DNA from: an uncultured bacterium
Lineage (GTDB): Bacteria; Hydrogenedentota; Hydrogenedentia; Hydrogenedentales; Hydrogenedentaceae
Assembly: GCA_938014335.1 (NCBI GenBank)
Contig: CALLRP010000006.1
Span: 14,226 to 78,225, forward strand
DNA length: 64,000 nucleotides
Direction: 5' to 3'
Shown here: positions 46,142 through 56,381 of the stretch, piece by piece
Layout of the letters: each line of letters starts with the position of its first letter
Position numbering within the stretch: position 1 is the stretch's first letter
Made by a program: the position numbers and the translations under genes
Notes under the pieces: generated by a model
Seen by the model: only the letters and a program-made list of their open reading frames with translations
What the model was told of the DNA's origin: nothing
Database searches by the model: none

Positions 46142-49100
46142 GTGGGTTGCGCACTCTTTTTAGATTATTCATCATTTCTCCATAAAATACATAAGGAAAA
46201 ATGTGTGAAGGGAAGACAAGTTAGGTGTGCTTTATTCTTTATTCTTCTCATTGCTATTATTTTAAGAGTATGGTATCTTTATGAAGTATATAAATATGCC
46301 CCTGATTATTCAGCACTCCAGCAGGACCCGGAAGTTCAAGATTATTTTGCTCGTGCCATTGTAACAGGTGATTGGAGTGTCCCTGAAGGGGTTACCGACC
46401 CCGAGATGCGAACAACCCCTTTTTTCCGTCCACCAGGGCATGGTTATTTTTTAAGTTTTCTGTATCGATTCATTTCGGACAGTTATCTAACACCACGAAT
46501 TGTTAATTCTATCGCTGGCATTTTAACCGTTCTATTAGCATTTTATCTGGGTCGGGCGATTTTCAATGAATATGTGGGATTAATATTCAGTTTTTTAGTG
46601 GCTACCTACAGTGTATTTATATATTGGGAGGGGGAAGTAAATGATCCATCTCTATTTGTCTTTTTTGTTGTTCTCATGTTTTATATTTTGTATCGTTGGA
46701 GTATATACAAAAAATGGTATGAGTGTATTCTTTTGGGCTTGGTAATAGGTGCTTATGCAACTATGAGACCAAACATACTTTCATTTGGTCCTTTTATAGC
46801 CTTATGGATGGCATGGATTGTATTTAAAGAAAAGAAATATTTTGCGTTTATTCCTTCCTGGATTGTTCTCCTTGTTTTTACCTTTGTTCCCATTATACCA
46901 ATCACAGTGAGAAATTATATTGCTTCAGGGGAATGGGTATTCATCTCGACTTATTTTGGTGAAAATTTATTTATAGGGAACAATCCGGAAGCCGATGGAA
47001 CAACCCCATGGAACCAATACTTACAGAAATTAGAAGGAACAGGCAACTGGACTGCTCGCGATTATGTGAATGTGGTAAAAGGGTTGGGTAAAGAATTAGG
47101 AATAAAAGACCTGAAACATGCAGATGCATCAAAAATATTTGCAGAAAAAGCACTGGAATATATCAAAACACATCCTAAAGAAACACTTATACAAGTTTTG
47201 AAAAAAGCAGTTCTTCTTTGGTGTCCTATTGAAATTACATGCAACAAAGTGGTGTATTATGAATTAAAACATTACTCTCCGTTAAAATATCTTCCTACTT
47301 TTCCATGGGCGGGTGGCCTTTTCATTACAGGGACAATTTTGCTTGTTTCTAATATAAAATCTATCTGGAAAAAGAAAAAAATTGTTCCGTTTCTTTTCTC
47401 CTCAAATGGGACATATTCTACAGAGTTATTATTATTAATATACTTGTTTATTGCTACCTATTTAGGTAGTTTTCTCATTTTCTTTGTGAATGGAAGGGCA
47501 CGAGTCCCTGTTATTCCTTTATTTTTTTTAATAGGAGCCAATTTCCTTTATTTTTTGTGGCTATGTATTAAAAACAAAAATCATGTATCTTTAGTAAACT
47601 GGTTATCAGTTCTTTTTATTAGTTTTATTGTAATATCTGTGAAATGGATTCCTTTTGAGCCTGATTTAGCTCGATGGCATTATCAACGAGCAGATTCTTA
47701 TTTAAGAAGAGGAGAAATCCAAAAGGCATTAGAAGAAGCACAAACATTGGTTTATATGCCACAAAGTTTACCTTATATGCATCATCGTTTGGGAAAAGAC
47801 CTATTTAAAGCAGGTTACTTTGTAGAAGCTAAAGAGCAGTTTGAAAAAGGTATTCGATTAGACCCTACTTATCAAGATATGTTTTATTATCTCGGTAAAA
47901 CCTATCTTGTAATGAAAGATGAGACAAAGGCAGAAGAATATTTTAGAAAAGCACTTGAATTAAATCCAAATGATGCCCGTTCTCACAATGAAATTGGGGA
48001 AATTCTTGAGCATCAGGGAAATTGGAAAGAGGCTCTTACTCATTACGAAAAAGCTTTACAAATAGTCCCAGATTTTACTTATGTTTTAGATAAATACGGT
48101 AGAATATTATCTTCACAAGGACGCTCTGAAGATGCGTTGGCTTTTTATAGAAAGGCTTTAGAGACAGACCCTTCCTATCAGGATGTATATTACCTTATTG
48201 GAAGAGAGTTAAGAAGTTTAGGGCGAATTGAAGAGGCGCAAGATACACTCCAAAAAGCGGTAGAATTAAATCCAAAGGATGCAAGGGCACTGTGTGAATT
48301 AGGAAATATTTGTGCAGATGAGGGGGATTGGGATAGTGCAGAGGCGTATTATCGCAAAGCTGTCTCTGCGGTACCTGATTTTGCTTATGCTTATGAACGA
48401 TTAGGAAGAATCTTATTTGCAAAAGATAATTTGAAAGAATCTGAAAAGAATTTAAAAAAAGCGATTGAGTTGAATCCTGAATATCAGGATGGTATTTATC
48501 TTTTAGGTTGTGTTCTGAAAAAGGAAGGACGATTGGAAGAGGCAGAAACATATTTTCGGAGGGCATTAGAATTAAATGTTCGCGATGCACGAGCTTGGAA
48601 TGAATTAGGCGAGATTATGGAAACGAAAAAAGATTATGAGCAAGCACTTAACTGTTATGAAAAAGCATTGGAGGCATATCCTCAATTTGCTTATGTTATT
48701 GCAAAAATGGGTGCAATTTATGCTAACAGGGGAGAATATGAAAAATCGTTGGAAAAACTCAAATTAGCTTTGAACATTGACCCCAATTTCCAGAATGTCT
48801 GTTATATGACAGGGCAGGTACTATCCCGAATGGGACAAAAAGAGGAAGCGAAAGTATACTTTAATAAAGCCATAGAGATGAACCCCGAAGATGCAAGAGC
48901 TCATAGGGAATTAGCCTTGTTAATACAAGAAGATAATCCTGAAAAGGCAATAGAGCATTTCAAAAAGGCATTGGAAATCGTGCCCGATTTCACATTGATA
49001 TTGAATAATTGGGGTAGTCTTCTGGTTAAACAAAATCGTTGGGATGAAGCAGAAAATAAATTTTATGAGGCGTTGAAAATAAGACCCCATGATGAATTAG

Positions 49101-49975
49101 CGTACTACAATCTGGCACAGTTAGCAGAGAAAAAAGGGAATACAGAACAGGCGATTGAACTGTATAAAAAGGCAATGGTGAACAGTCCTGATAATTCGTA
49201 TATTCCGTATGATTTAGGTGTTTTATACGACCGTATGGGTAAAACACAAGAAGCAGAAGCAATGTATTACAAAGCACTAGAAGTAGATGATAAAAATCCA
49301 TTGGCATATAACAATTTAGGTTATCATGCCTTTCTATCAGGAGAAATAGATAAAGCGATAGAACTCTACCAAAAATCCTTATCTATCAAACCTGATTTAA
49401 TAAATGCTCTTTACAATCTTGCAGATGCATTTTTTTCAAAAGAGGAGTTAGAAAAAGTTATTCCTTATTTTGAGAAAGCATTAGAGATTCAACCTAAAGA
49501 CCATAATCTCCATAACGCCTTAGGTTTTTATGCCCTTCAAGTAGGCAAATTCGATTTAGCAGAGAAACACTTAAAGGAAGCAGTAAATTTACAACATGAA
49601 TTCCCACTTGCATGGAAAAATTTAGGGGATTTATATAAAGTTCAAAAAAGATATAGTGAAGCAGAACAAGCGTACAAAAAGGCAATAGAAATTTATCCCA
49701 GTGACGGAGAAGGTTGGGCAAGATATGCTATATTAAAGAAGGAAAAGGGTGATTATCAGGAATCTTTAGAATTATTTCAAGAAGCTTTAAAAAGATTGAA
49801 AGAAAGAGAAAGTCCACCAGAGCTAATTACAGAAGTTTTATTTGAAATAGGAGAAATATACCTTAAATGGGGTGATCAGGAAAATGTGAAGAAAATAATT
49901 ACAGAAATTACAAGATTGAACCCTGAAAATGATGAGATAAAACAAAGAATGAAACAAAAGGGATTCCCTGAATAA
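46142..49975 (+). CDS. GT-C glycosyltransferase (family 39 / ArnT / PMT_2-like membrane domain) fused to a long TPR array
   Basis: 1277 aa. The N-terminal ~500 aa are polytopic (FFRPPGHGYFLSFLYRF..., AGILTVLLAFYLGRAIF). From about residue 520 there are more than 20 tandem 34-aa TPR units (A..Y..AL.L.P....A...LG). The start is uncertain (GTG 46142 or GTG 46204). Confidence 0.85.
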   Translation: MGCALFLDYSSFLHKIHKEKCVKGRQVRCALFFILLIAIILRVWYLYEVYKYAPDYSALQQDPEVQDYFARAIVTGDWSVPEGVTDPEMRTTPFFRPPGHGYFLSFLYRFISDSYLTPRIVNSIAGILTVLLAFYLGRAIFNEYVGLIFSFLVATYSVFIYWEGEVNDPSLFVFFVVLMFYILYRWSIYKKWYECILLGLVIGAYATMRPNILSFGPFIALWMAWIVFKEKKYFAFIPSWIVLLVFTFVPIIPITVRNYIASGEWVFISTYFGENLFIGNNPEADGTTPWNQYLQKLEGTGNWTARDYVNVVKGLGKELGIKDLKHADASKIFAEKALEYIKTHPKETLIQVLKKAVLLWCPIEITCNKVVYYELKHYSPLKYLPTFPWAGGLFITGTILLVSNIKSIWKKKKIVPFLFSSNGTYSTELLLLIYLFIATYLGSFLIFFVNGRARVPVIPLFFLIGANFLYFLWLCIKNKNHVSLVNWLSVLFISFIVISVKWIPFEPDLARWHYQRADSYLRRGEIQKALEEAQTLVYMPQSLPYMHHRLGKDLFKAGYFVEAKEQFEKGIRLDPTYQDMFYYLGKTYLVMKDETKAEEYFRKALELNPNDARSHNEIGEILEHQGNWKEALTHYEKALQIVPDFTYVLDKYGRILSSQGRSEDALAFYRKALETDPSYQDVYYLIGRELRSLGRIEEAQDTLQKAVELNPKDARALCELGNICADEGDWDSAEAYYRKAVSAVPDFAYAYERLGRILFAKDNLKESEKNLKKAIELNPEYQDGIYLLGCVLKKEGRLEEAETYFRRALELNVRDARAWNELGEIMETKKDYEQALNCYEKALEAYPQFAYVIAKMGAIYANRGEYEKSLEKLKLALNIDPNFQNVCYMTGQVLSRMGQKEEAKVYFNKAIEMNPEDARAHRELALLIQEDNPEKAIEHFKKALEIVPDFTLILNNWGSLLVKQNRWDEAENKFYEALKIRPHDELAYYNLAQLAEKKGNTEQAIELYKKAMVNSPDNSYIPYDLGVLYDRMGKTQEAEAMYYKALEVDDKNPLAYNNLGYHAFLSGEIDKAIELYQKSLSIKPDLINALYNLADAFFSKEELEKVIPYFEKALEIQPKDHNLHNALGFYALQVGKFDLAEKHLKEAVNLQHEFPLAWKNLGDLYKVQKRYSEAEQAYKKAIEIYPSDGEGWARYAILKKEKGDYQESLELFQEALKRLKERESPPELITEVLFEIGEIYLKWGDQENVKKIITEITRLNPENDEIKQRMKQKGFPE

Positions 49976-49985
49976 CCTAAATTTA

Positions 49986-51182
49986 CTATTCAACGAGCTT
50001 ATTTAGATGATTACATACATATTTAACAGTATCTTCGGAAATTCCATCATAGAAAGGTAGGGCAAGCAATCGTGGATAAACATTATTTGCATTGGGACAG
50101 TTTGAATTTTCTATAAATACGGATACATTATCAATTACTTCTTCCCTCAATGCCGTATCAATTCCTCTAAAAAGAAGAGAACGACACATGTTTCGAGAAT
50201 CCATAGGGAGAATAACTACAAACATGTAATAAGATGGAGTACAATCGGGATGTACATAGGGAATATCAATTCTATCTGATAGAAATTTTCGATATAAACC
50301 GGCTATTTCATTCCGGTGCTCTACTCGTGAAGTAAGAAAGGGTAACTTTTCGATACCAATACTTGCTTGAAGAGGAGTAAACCGAATATTTTCAGGTGGA
50401 ACACTCTGAATCTTACGATATATAAACTCAAGTGATTTAAAAAAGAAAGGGAACAATCTAAAGAAAAGTATAGGATACATTAATCGTGAATTATAAAGAG
50501 TTTGTTCTAATTTTATCGATTTCGCTTTTTTAGTTATCTCCTTTGTGGTTAAAATTAATTTTTGGTTGTATTCCCCTACAAAATCAATAAGGGATGAATC
50601 CTTACTTACCAACATCCCCCCGCCATAAGTATTAATGGGTTTGGATATATCAAAACTAAAGAACCCCGCATATCCGAATGTCCCAGCATGCTGATTATTA
50701 ATTTTAGCCCCACATGCATGAGCGGTGTCTTCTATTACGGGAATATTATGTTCTTGTCCTATTTTACATAATTCTTCGATGTAGCAAGGATTTCCAAAAG
50801 TATGTAACGCGATAATGGCTTTGGTCTTTGAAGTTATAGAGTCTTGAACCAATTCAGGGTCAATATTTAATGTTTTGGGATTTATATCCACACAGATAGG
50901 TTTTAATCCCAATGACTGGATGATATTTACAAGTGCCTTTAATGTGAACGAAGGAATGATTACCTCATCATTCTTATGAAGCTTTAAATGTTGCAAAATG
51001 AGTTTGAGAGCCATCCGCCCCGATGGGAGAGCCACTGTGTATGGAGAGCCCAAAAAATCGCCAAACTCCCTTTCCCATCGAGAAACAATCCTATCATTGG
51101 ATAGTAAATCCAGAGAGGGATTTAGAACTTCTTTATATTCAGCAGGTAAAATATGTATCCATCTTCGTGGTATCATATACAC
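49986..51182 (-). CDS. DegT/DnrJ/EryC1/StrS-family (ArnB-like) PLP-dependent sugar aminotransferase
   Basis: 398 aa. PLP-lysine region FFSFDISKPINTYGGGMLV with the upstream motif IEDTAHACGA. Confidence 0.88.
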   Translation of the reverse strand: MYMIPRRWIHILPAEYKEVLNPSLDLLSNDRIVSRWEREFGDFLGSPYTVALPSGRMALKLILQHLKLHKNDEVIIPSFTLKALVNIIQSLGLKPICVDINPKTLNIDPELVQDSITSKTKAIIALHTFGNPCYIEELCKIGQEHNIPVIEDTAHACGAKINNQHAGTFGYAGFFSFDISKPINTYGGGMLVSKDSSLIDFVGEYNQKLILTTKEITKKAKSIKLEQTLYNSRLMYPILFFRLFPFFFKSLEFIYRKIQSVPPENIRFTPLQASIGIEKLPFLTSRVEHRNEIAGLYRKFLSDRIDIPYVHPDCTPSYYMFVVILPMDSRNMCRSLLFRGIDTALREEVIDNVSVFIENSNCPNANNVYPRLLALPFYDGISEDTVKYVCNHLNKLVE

Positions 51183-51205
51183 TCCAACTCTTAAAAGATA
51201 TAGTA

Positions 51206-52138
51206 ATGATTAATTTTATAAAAAGCAAAGACAAAATATTAAATGTTCTTCATATATCTGGTTTTGTCATTTTGATATTATTAACCTGTTTTGGAGTATA
51301 TCAGATACGAGAAGAAAATTTTGAAAATATAAAACATGTAATTGTAAATAGATGGGAACTATTCTTTTTAGCGTGTGTATTACGATTATTTGACTGGATT
51401 TTAGACTACTATTTGTGGCGATGTATGTTTAAAAATTTTTCTATCTCTTTCCCTTTTATAAAATCTATTTGGGTCTATCTCACTCAGGGTGCTGGAATTG
51501 TATTGCCGGCACAATTAGGCAGAGCATTAAGAGGATATATAATCACAAAAACAGTGAGCACACCCATCTCAAAAGCCATGACTGCGGAATTTTTGTTTTT
51601 ATTATGTGTTTTGGAAGGAGCATTTTTAGTTTTAATACTCTCATTAGCTATTTATACCAACACATTTGTATTGCCAATAATCCTTTCATTACTTTCATTA
51701 TTACTCTTCCCCTTTTTATTAAAATTCTTTAAACCTTTTCTGGCAAAGTTAAAAATAGGATTAACGGACAATGTAATTCGTCCTCCTTTTTTGATTTTAT
51801 TCTGCATAGGCTGTTCTATTGGGTGGGCAGTTAATGGCTTAATATTTTATCTTTTATTGGGAGGGAAAGAATCGGGACTATATTTAAGTCAAGTTGAAAT
51901 GATTGTTTTAGGAAACTTATTTTTAGCAATATGTAGTGGGATTCCTGGCGGAGTGGGAATTGTAGAAGCAACTATGAGTGTTTCATTACATTGGCTTCAG
52001 GTTCAATTACCCGAAATAATCCTTGTTATAGGGTTGTTCCGTATAATAACATTCTGGATTTGGATACCTTTAGGTTGGCTGGGTTTATTCCGTTTAAAAT
52101 TATATAAAAGTGTGGATTTAAAAGTAGATGTAGAATGA
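51206..52138 (+). CDS. Polytopic flippase-like membrane protein (UPF0104 / LPG-synthase-TM-like)
   Basis: ATG at 51206; the track start at 51023 would run antisense through the DegT 5' end. About 8 TM helices. The assignment rests on overall pattern only. ATGA overlap with the next gene. Confidence 0.6.
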   Translation: MINFIKSKDKILNVLHISGFVILILLTCFGVYQIREENFENIKHVIVNRWELFFLACVLRLFDWILDYYLWRCMFKNFSISFPFIKSIWVYLTQGAGIVLPAQLGRALRGYIITKTVSTPISKAMTAEFLFLLCVLEGAFLVLILSLAIYTNTFVLPIILSLLSLLLFPFLLKFFKPFLAKLKIGLTDNVIRPPFLILFCIGCSIGWAVNGLIFYLLLGGKESGLYLSQVEMIVLGNLFLAICSGIPGGVGIVEATMSVSLHWLQVQLPEIILVIGLFRIITFWIWIPLGWLGLFRLKLYKSVDLKVDVE

Positions 52139-53130
52139 AACAGAAAATAAAAAGTATTCCAATACTGTTGAAATCATGGGTAAAAACAAAAATTTTAGGA
52201 ATAAATGCGCCTTTATTTGTTGAGTGGAACCTAACTTTCCGATGCCCATATCAGTGCCTTTATTGTGGCTCTCGGGAAGTGACTGTTAATGAGTTAGATA
52301 CAAATGAAATATTGGAGCGGTTGAATATTTTACAAAAAATAGGTGTTAGATGGATTACCTTTGGTGGGGGAGAACCTTTAATTAAAAAAGACATAATAAA
52401 AATTCTTGAACATGCGAAATCGTTAGGGCTGAATGTTTTTTTAAGTTCCACAGGTGTCAATATAGAAAAGTACAATGGAATTGAAAAGTATGTTGACCAT
52501 ATAAATCTGAGTTTTGATGGGCCACAAGAAATACATGATAAAATTAGGGGTGAGAGGACTTATAATCGGTTATTTCAAGTAGTTGATTTTTGCAAGTCGA
52601 AGAATATTTCGGTGTCCTTTTTATGTGTTATATCCAAGTTAAATATTAATAAATTAGACTATGTTTTAGATAAGGCTAAAGAAGAAAATATAAAGGTAAT
52701 GTTTCAGCCAGCAACTTTACATTTAGATTCCTCTTTAACTCCAAATCCAATTGCTCCTGATAAAGACACATATGATAATGCGCTACAATATATTATGAAC
52801 AAGAAAAAACAAGGCTACCCTGTTCGTAATTCATTTGCAGGGTTAGAATATCTTAGGAACTGGCCGAACCCGTCAAGAATATGGTGTTCTGCTGGAAGAT
52901 TAACATGTACTATTGAACCGGATGGTACAATACTTTCCTGTCATTTATTTGAAACTCGTGAACTATATAAAAAGAAAGAAAACAAAGGAGATAATGAAGA
53001 ATTTGAAAAGATAATAAATCAGTTAAAAGTACCAAAAGGTTGCTCTACTTGCTGGTGTGCCCCTGTTGTTGAACTTGCTTTAATATGGAATTTAAATCCT
53101 TCTGCTATATGGAATGCACTCGGGATATAA
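52135..53130 (+). CDS. Radical SAM enzyme with Cys-rich (SPASM/twitch-like) C-terminus
   Basis: 331 aa. LTFRCPYQCLYC (CX3CX2C) and FGGGEPL. C-terminal cysteines CSAGRLTC...SCH...GCSTCWC. Confidence 0.8.
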   Translation: MKQKIKSIPILLKSWVKTKILGINAPLFVEWNLTFRCPYQCLYCGSREVTVNELDTNEILERLNILQKIGVRWITFGGGEPLIKKDIIKILEHAKSLGLNVFLSSTGVNIEKYNGIEKYVDHINLSFDGPQEIHDKIRGERTYNRLFQVVDFCKSKNISVSFLCVISKLNINKLDYVLDKAKEENIKVMFQPATLHLDSSLTPNPIAPDKDTYDNALQYIMNKKKQGYPVRNSFAGLEYLRNWPNPSRIWCSAGRLTCTIEPDGTILSCHLFETRELYKKKENKGDNEEFEKIINQLKVPKGCSTCWCAPVVELALIWNLNPSAIWNALGI

Positions 53131-53158
53131 AATGGTTTCTTTTTAGGATTAATTATTA

Positions 53159-54910
53159 ATGATAATATTAGGAATTAGTGAAGACTTTTTTGATGCAGGG
53201 GTTACCCTTTGTGATGATGAGTGGATATTATTCATGTCGAACGAGGAGCGATATACCCGCCAAAAAAATGAAGGTGGATTTCCACATTTATCATTAGAAA
53301 ATGCATTAAAACAAACAGGAATAACATGGAAAGATATACAGGCAGTATGTGTTTCTGGTTTTGTAACACCCTTCCCTTTTTTCCGATTATTTCCTAATTT
53401 ACAGAAAAAAGCATTTTGTTCAAAGAGAAAGAAAAATCAGAGTGACAAAAAATCGAACTACTGGGATAACATTACAGAATGGGCAGTCTCATATAATCCC
53501 ATAAGTTATATGAATCCTTCAGAGACGATGAAAAAAAGTTTATCTGTTATTTTAAGAAAAATAATACGAAAAAGATTACCCTTTCTTAATTCTGATGTTC
53601 CTATTCATTTCATCGAACACCATGAAGCCCATGCATGGGGAAGTTATTTCTGTTCTGGTTTTGATGAGGCACTTATTGTTACTGCAGATGGAATGGGGGA
53701 TGGCTTATCGTTGACTATTTCGAAAGGAGAAGGGAACTCGATAACCCGATTATGGAAATCCTCTGCTAAGAGTTCTTTTGGATTATTTTTTGAGAATCTG
53801 GCGGAAGTGTTAGGATTTGTCCCTTGTAGAGATGAAGGGAAACTTACAGGTTTATCAGCTCATGGAGATGCAAATAGAATTCAGTATGAAAATCCATTTT
53901 CATGGAATAATGATGTCCTCTTATACAAAGGACCCTACGGCAAAAAATTAAGAGAATGGCTTCTACAGTTATTACATGAATATTCGCGAGAAGACCTTTG
54001 TGCCTGGTCACAAAATATTTTAGAACAAATGCTATGTTCTTTAATTGAATATTGGTTAGATAGAACAGGGCTTAAAAAAATTGCTGTGGCTGGGGGAGTT
54101 TTTGCGAATGTGCTGTTAAACCAGAAAATACACGAATTGGAAAAGGTCGAAGAACTCTTTGTGTATCCGAATATGGGTGATGGAGGGTTGAGTTTAGGGG
54201 CTATCAGTGCACAACTCCGTTTTTATCCAAAACCTCTTCCGCATGCTTTCTGGGGGGATGGTTTTAGTAAAAAAGAAATAACGGGTGCAATTTCTAAATA
54301 TAAACTTCCATTTAAAGAATTCGATGAACAGGAAATACCCCAACTTGTTGCAAAGTGTTTGTATAACAAGAGAATTATTGCAAGATTTCATGGTAAAATG
54401 GAATGGGGACCTCGTGCTTTGGGAAATCGTTCTATTTTGTGTGATTCTACCATGAAAGATGTAACAGAAAAATTGAATAATATGTTAAAACGAAGTGATT
54501 TCATGCCGTTTGCACCTGCTTTATTAGATGAGGATGCAGGGCAATTTTTGATAGGATATGAAAAGGCAAGGCATGCAGGTGAATTTATGACATGCTGTTT
54601 TCAGAGTACTCCTAAAATGAAAGACCAACACGGTGCAGTTGTTCATATTGATGGAACAACACGAGCCCAACTTGTAAAAAAAGAGAATAACCCAACCTTT
54701 TATGAAATTTTAAAGGAATATAAAAAACTTTCAGGAACAAGTGTGGTTTTAAATACAAGTTTTAATATGCATGAATCGCCAATAATACGAACTCCTGAAG
54801 AAGCCTTACAAACATTTAAAGAGACTGATGTAGATTTTCTATTTTTAGAAAACTTTGTTATAGCAAAAACTCCGGATTTATGGAATGACTTTAGACAAAA
54901 TAGCAAATAA
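53159..54910 (+). CDS. NodU/CmcH-family carbamoyltransferase
   Basis: 583 aa. N-terminal ILGISEDFFDAGVTL, the metal-binding EHHEAHAWGS and a C-terminal catalytic region GPRALGNRSIL...VLNTSFNMHESPII. Confidence 0.9.
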   Translation: MIILGISEDFFDAGVTLCDDEWILFMSNEERYTRQKNEGGFPHLSLENALKQTGITWKDIQAVCVSGFVTPFPFFRLFPNLQKKAFCSKRKKNQSDKKSNYWDNITEWAVSYNPISYMNPSETMKKSLSVILRKIIRKRLPFLNSDVPIHFIEHHEAHAWGSYFCSGFDEALIVTADGMGDGLSLTISKGEGNSITRLWKSSAKSSFGLFFENLAEVLGFVPCRDEGKLTGLSAHGDANRIQYENPFSWNNDVLLYKGPYGKKLREWLLQLLHEYSREDLCAWSQNILEQMLCSLIEYWLDRTGLKKIAVAGGVFANVLLNQKIHELEKVEELFVYPNMGDGGLSLGAISAQLRFYPKPLPHAFWGDGFSKKEITGAISKYKLPFKEFDEQEIPQLVAKCLYNKRIIARFHGKMEWGPRALGNRSILCDSTMKDVTEKLNNMLKRSDFMPFAPALLDEDAGQFLIGYEKARHAGEFMTCCFQSTPKMKDQHGAVVHIDGTTRAQLVKKENNPTFYEILKEYKKLSGTSVVLNTSFNMHESPIIRTPEEALQTFKETDVDFLFLENFVIAKTPDLWNDFRQNSK

Positions 54911-55559
54911 TAAAAATGAAAGATTAAAAATTGCCATTATTGATTATTCCGCAGGGAATATCCATTCTGTATATCGTGCTTTTTCGAAGACAGGTGTCAT
55001 GATTGAGGTTATAAATAAGGAAACGGAGTTAGACCTATTTGATGCGGTTGTTTTGCCAGGGGTAGGTGCCTGTGCCAGTGCTATGGACTTTTTATCAAAG
55101 GTAGGACTTATAAAGAGATTAAACCACTATGTTTTAGAATTGAAAAAGCCTATTTTAGGGATTTGTTTAGGTTTTCAAATAATGGCAGAATTTAGTGAGG
55201 AAGGCGAAGCAAAAGGATTAGGTTGGATACCGGGACATGTCCGTTATATACGGAATGTTGTTCAAAATTTCATTCGCGTTCCACATATTGGCTGGAATGA
55301 TGTGAAAACTTACAAAGGAAGTTTATCTCTTCTGTCAGGGATGATAGATAATCCTAATTTTTATTTTGCTCATTCATACTTTATCCCAGCCAATAAAATC
55401 GAAGGAAACATTGGAATAACCGAATATGGAACGCCCTTTATTTCTTTATATCAAAATAAAAATATTTACGGCACTCAATTTCATCCCGAAAAAAGTTATA
55501 TTGGTGGTGCTATCTTAATCCAAAATTTTTTAAATGAGGTATGTAATGCTAAAAGTTAG
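54885..55559 (+). CDS. HisH-like glutamine amidotransferase subunit (glycan-cluster paralog, WbuY/HisH2 type)
   Basis: 224 aa. Motifs IAIIDYSAGN, the nucleophile GICLGFQ and QFHPEKS. It is paired with a HisF-like gene and an amidotransferase rather than with his genes. Confidence 0.88.
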   Translation: MTLDKIANNKNERLKIAIIDYSAGNIHSVYRAFSKTGVMIEVINKETELDLFDAVVLPGVGACASAMDFLSKVGLIKRLNHYVLELKKPILGICLGFQIMAEFSEEGEAKGLGWIPGHVRYIRNVVQNFIRVPHIGWNDVKTYKGSLSLLSGMIDNPNFYFAHSYFIPANKIEGNIGITEYGTPFISLYQNKNIYGTQFHPEKSYIGGAILIQNFLNEVCNAKS

Positions 55560-56364
55560 AGTAATACCGGTATTATTACTAAGACATTGGGGTCTGGAGA
55601 AGACCATCCAATTTACAAATCCTAAATATGTGGGGTGTCCAATTAATGCGGCTCGAGTTTTTAACCAGCATAATGTGGATGAACTTATATTGCTTGACAT
55701 AGTCGCGACACTTGAAAATCGTCCTCCGGAAATTGATGTTGTGAGGCAAATATCCGCAGAGACTTCAATGCCCTTCACAGTAGGAGGAGGAATTCGGGAT
55801 GTAGGCATTATACGAGAGTTATTAAAAGCGGGGGCAGATAAAGTAGTTTTAAATACCTCCGTTGTTGAAGTCCCCGGTTTGTTGGAAAAATCCGCAGAAC
55901 AATTTGGGCGACAATGTATTGTAGTATCCATAGATGTGAAAAAAGTTAATGGGACTTATGAGGTATTTACGCATGGAGGGAGGAAACCCGCAGGATTAAA
56001 CCCTGTAGAGTTGGCAATGAAGGCAGAGAAAGAAGGAGCCGGGGAAATATTAATTACAAGTATAGATAGAGATGGAACGCTCGAAGGTTATGACTTAGAT
56101 TTAATAAAAATGATTACAGAATCAGTTCAGATTCCTGTTATTGCTTGTGGTGGGGCTGGTTCTGTAAAAAATTTAGCAGATGCATACTATAAATCAGGGG
56201 CTTCTGCTGTAGCGTGTGGTGCATTTTTTCTCTTTTATGGTACTCGAAGGACAGTACTAATAACTTACCCATCCGAAGAACAATTGTTAGAGTATTTTGA
56301 GCCTCAACATGTTCGAAAAAGAGATCCCAAGAAACCTATTGATTTAGAATTAGCACGGTTATAA
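55546..56364 (+). CDS. HisF-like cyclase/ammonia-channel subunit (WbuZ/HisF2 type)
   Basis: ATG at 55546 is preceded by GAGG (55537-55540). Motifs RVIPVLLL, DELILLDI, TVGGGI and ACGGAGS fit a (beta/alpha)8 HisF family protein. Confidence 0.88.
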   Translation: MLKVRVIPVLLLRHWGLEKTIQFTNPKYVGCPINAARVFNQHNVDELILLDIVATLENRPPEIDVVRQISAETSMPFTVGGGIRDVGIIRELLKAGADKVVLNTSVVEVPGLLEKSAEQFGRQCIVVSIDVKKVNGTYEVFTHGGRKPAGLNPVELAMKAEKEGAGEILITSIDRDGTLEGYDLDLIKMITESVQIPVIACGGAGSVKNLADAYYKSGASAVACGAFFLFYGTRRTVLITYPSEEQLLEYFEPQHVRKRDPKKPIDLELARL

Positions 56365-56381
56365 CGGATATAGGTGGTGTT

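Noticed and set aside
45949-46185. 78-aa plus-strand ORF from the track
   Set aside because: It has no SD and odd composition. A different frame in the same interval gives a 50-aa peptide with a GGAGG SD and a strong DUF5989-like pattern, so the track ORF is most likely spurious.
47700-49975. Periodic signal in the 3' two-thirds of the 1277-aa gene
   Set aside because: The periodicity is at the protein level (34-aa TPR units) with divergent codons. It is not a DNA tandem repeat or CRISPR-like array.
55530-55931. 133-aa minus-strand ORF
   Set aside because: It is antisense to the HisF-like gene and is a shadow ORF.
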